Of a DNA stretch of 64,000 nt, positions 62,720 to 64,000 are shown piece by piece (position 1 is the first letter of the stretch; every line of letters begins with the position of its first letter). Source of the DNA: Hemiscyllium ocellatum. Taxonomy: Eukaryota. The stretch is taken from contig NC_083419.1 of NCBI RefSeq assembly GCF_020745735.1, forward strand, positions 40,756,085-40,820,084, written 5' to 3'. The notes under the pieces were generated by a model. That model was not told the DNA's origin. It searched no databases and saw only the letters and a program-made list of their open reading frames with translations. The translations under genes and the position numbers were made by a program.

Positions 62720-64000
62720 GTTGTGGTTCTGTTCGCCGAGCTGGAAGTTTTTGCTGCAAACGTTTCGTTCCCTGGCTAGGGAACATCATCAGTGCTATTG
62801 GAGCCTCCTGTGAAGCGCTGCTTTGATGTTTCTTCCGGTATTTATAGTGGTTTGTTCTTGCCGCTTCCGGGTGTCAGTTTCAGCTGTAGTAGTTTGTATG
62901 TGGGGTCCAGGTCGATGTGTCTGTTGATGGATGTTCTTGCCGTTTCCAGGTGTCAGTTTCAGCTGTAGTGGTTTGTATATTGGGTCCAGGTCCATGTGTC
63001 TGTTAATGGAGTTAGTGGATGAATGCCATGCCTCTAGGAATTCCCTGGCTGTTCTCTGTCTGGCTTGTCCTATGATGGTAGTGTTTTCCCAGTCAAATTC
63101 ATGTTCCTGGTTGTCTGAGTGTATGGCTACTAGGGATAGCTGGTCGTGTCGTTTTGTGGCTAGCTGATGTTCATGGATGCGGATTGTTAGCTGTCTTCCT
63201 GTTTGTCCTATATAGTGTTTTGTGCAGTCCTTGCATGGTATTTTATAAACTACATTAGTTTGGCTCGTGCTGGCTATTGGGTCCTTTGTTCTAGTGAGTT
63301 GTTGTCTGAGTGTGGAAGTTGGCTTGTGTGCTGTTATGAGTCCTAAGGGTCGCAGTAGTCTGGCTGTCAGTTCTGAGACGCTCCTGACATATGGTAGTGT
63401 GGCTAGTCCTTTTGGTTGTGGCATGTCCTCGTTCCATGGTCTATCTCTTAGGCATCTGGTGATAAAGTTGCGTGGGTATCCGTTTTTGGCGAATACCTTG
63501 TATAGGTGTTCCTCTTCCTCTTTTCACAGTTCTGGTGTACTACAGTGTGTTGTGGCTCTTTTGAATAGTGTCCTGATGCAGCTTCGTTTGTGTGTGTTGG
63601 GGTGGTTACTTTCATAGTTTAGGACTTGGTCTGTGTGTGTTGGTTTCCTGTGTACCCTTGTGGTGAATTCTCCGTTGGGTGTTCTCTCTACTAACACGTC
63701 TAGGAATGGGAGTTTTCTATCCTTTTCCTCTTCTCTCTTGAATCGTATTCCTGTGAGTGTGGCGTTGATGATTCGGTGTGTTTTTTCTATTTCTGTGTTT
63801 TTGATGATTACAAAGGTGTCATCTACGTATCTGATCCAGAGTTTGGGTTGGATTTGTGGTAGGGCTGTATGTTCTAACCTTTGCATAACTGCCTCTGCTA
63901 TGAGTCCCGAGATTGGTGATCCCATGGGTGTGCCATTGATTTGTTCGTATATCTGATTGTTGAATGTAAAGTGTGTGGTGAGGCACAGGTCTAGTAGTTT
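62720..64000 (-). mobile_element. Penelope-like element (RT, GIY-YIG, hammerhead), antisense in intron 1 of the PARP12-like gene; runs off the window
   Basis: MGSPISG, RYVDDTF, LPFLDV and YKIPCKDC...YIGQTGR in one frame, interrupted by a TGA at 63524-63526; ~79-bp tandem duplication at 62853-63011. Confidence 0.95.
62756..62795 (-). ncRNA. Minimal type I hammerhead ribozyme motif
   Basis: GCA-CTGATGA-T-GTTCCCT-agcc-AGGGAAC-GAAAC-GTT-TGC: full core, perfect 7-bp stem II, 3-bp stem I, palindromic stem III. Confidence 0.85.

Overview
Eukaryotic genomic DNA from a cartilaginous fish, most likely a shark (inferred from HE1/V-SINE-type, CR1-type and Penelope-type repeats). Three host genes are visible. 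(1) A divergently oriented minus-strand gene with only a 15-nt first coding exon in the window (MLQFL|gtgagt), best matching STMP1/C7orf73. (2) A complete 9-exon DENND11 (KIAA1147/LCHN) gene on the + strand (10408-40079, 450 aa, all intron phases consistent) with a probable ~6 kb 3'UTR. (3) Exon 1 of a PARP12/ZAP-family CCCH zinc-finger gene with a canonical ISRE just upstream (62123-62543). The rest is mostly retroelement-derived: a full-length L1 (12-bp TSD, YY1 site at its 5' end, intact ORF1, ORF2 broken by one frameshift) nested in a CR1 within DENND11 intron 7, several Penelope-like elements (PLEs), CR1/Rex1/Tx1 fragments and SINEs. The most notable unexplained patterns are: many very short, TSD-flanked, often fold-back insertions built around a minimal hammerhead-ribozyme core with covarying stems; an exact 21-bp motif shared by the two divergent promoters; a head-to-head PLE whose arms share the same stop codon; and a local duplication that preserves both the filled and empty site of a PLE insertion. 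Family assignments come from recalled motifs, not database searches, and repeat boundaries are approximate unless a TSD is quoted.
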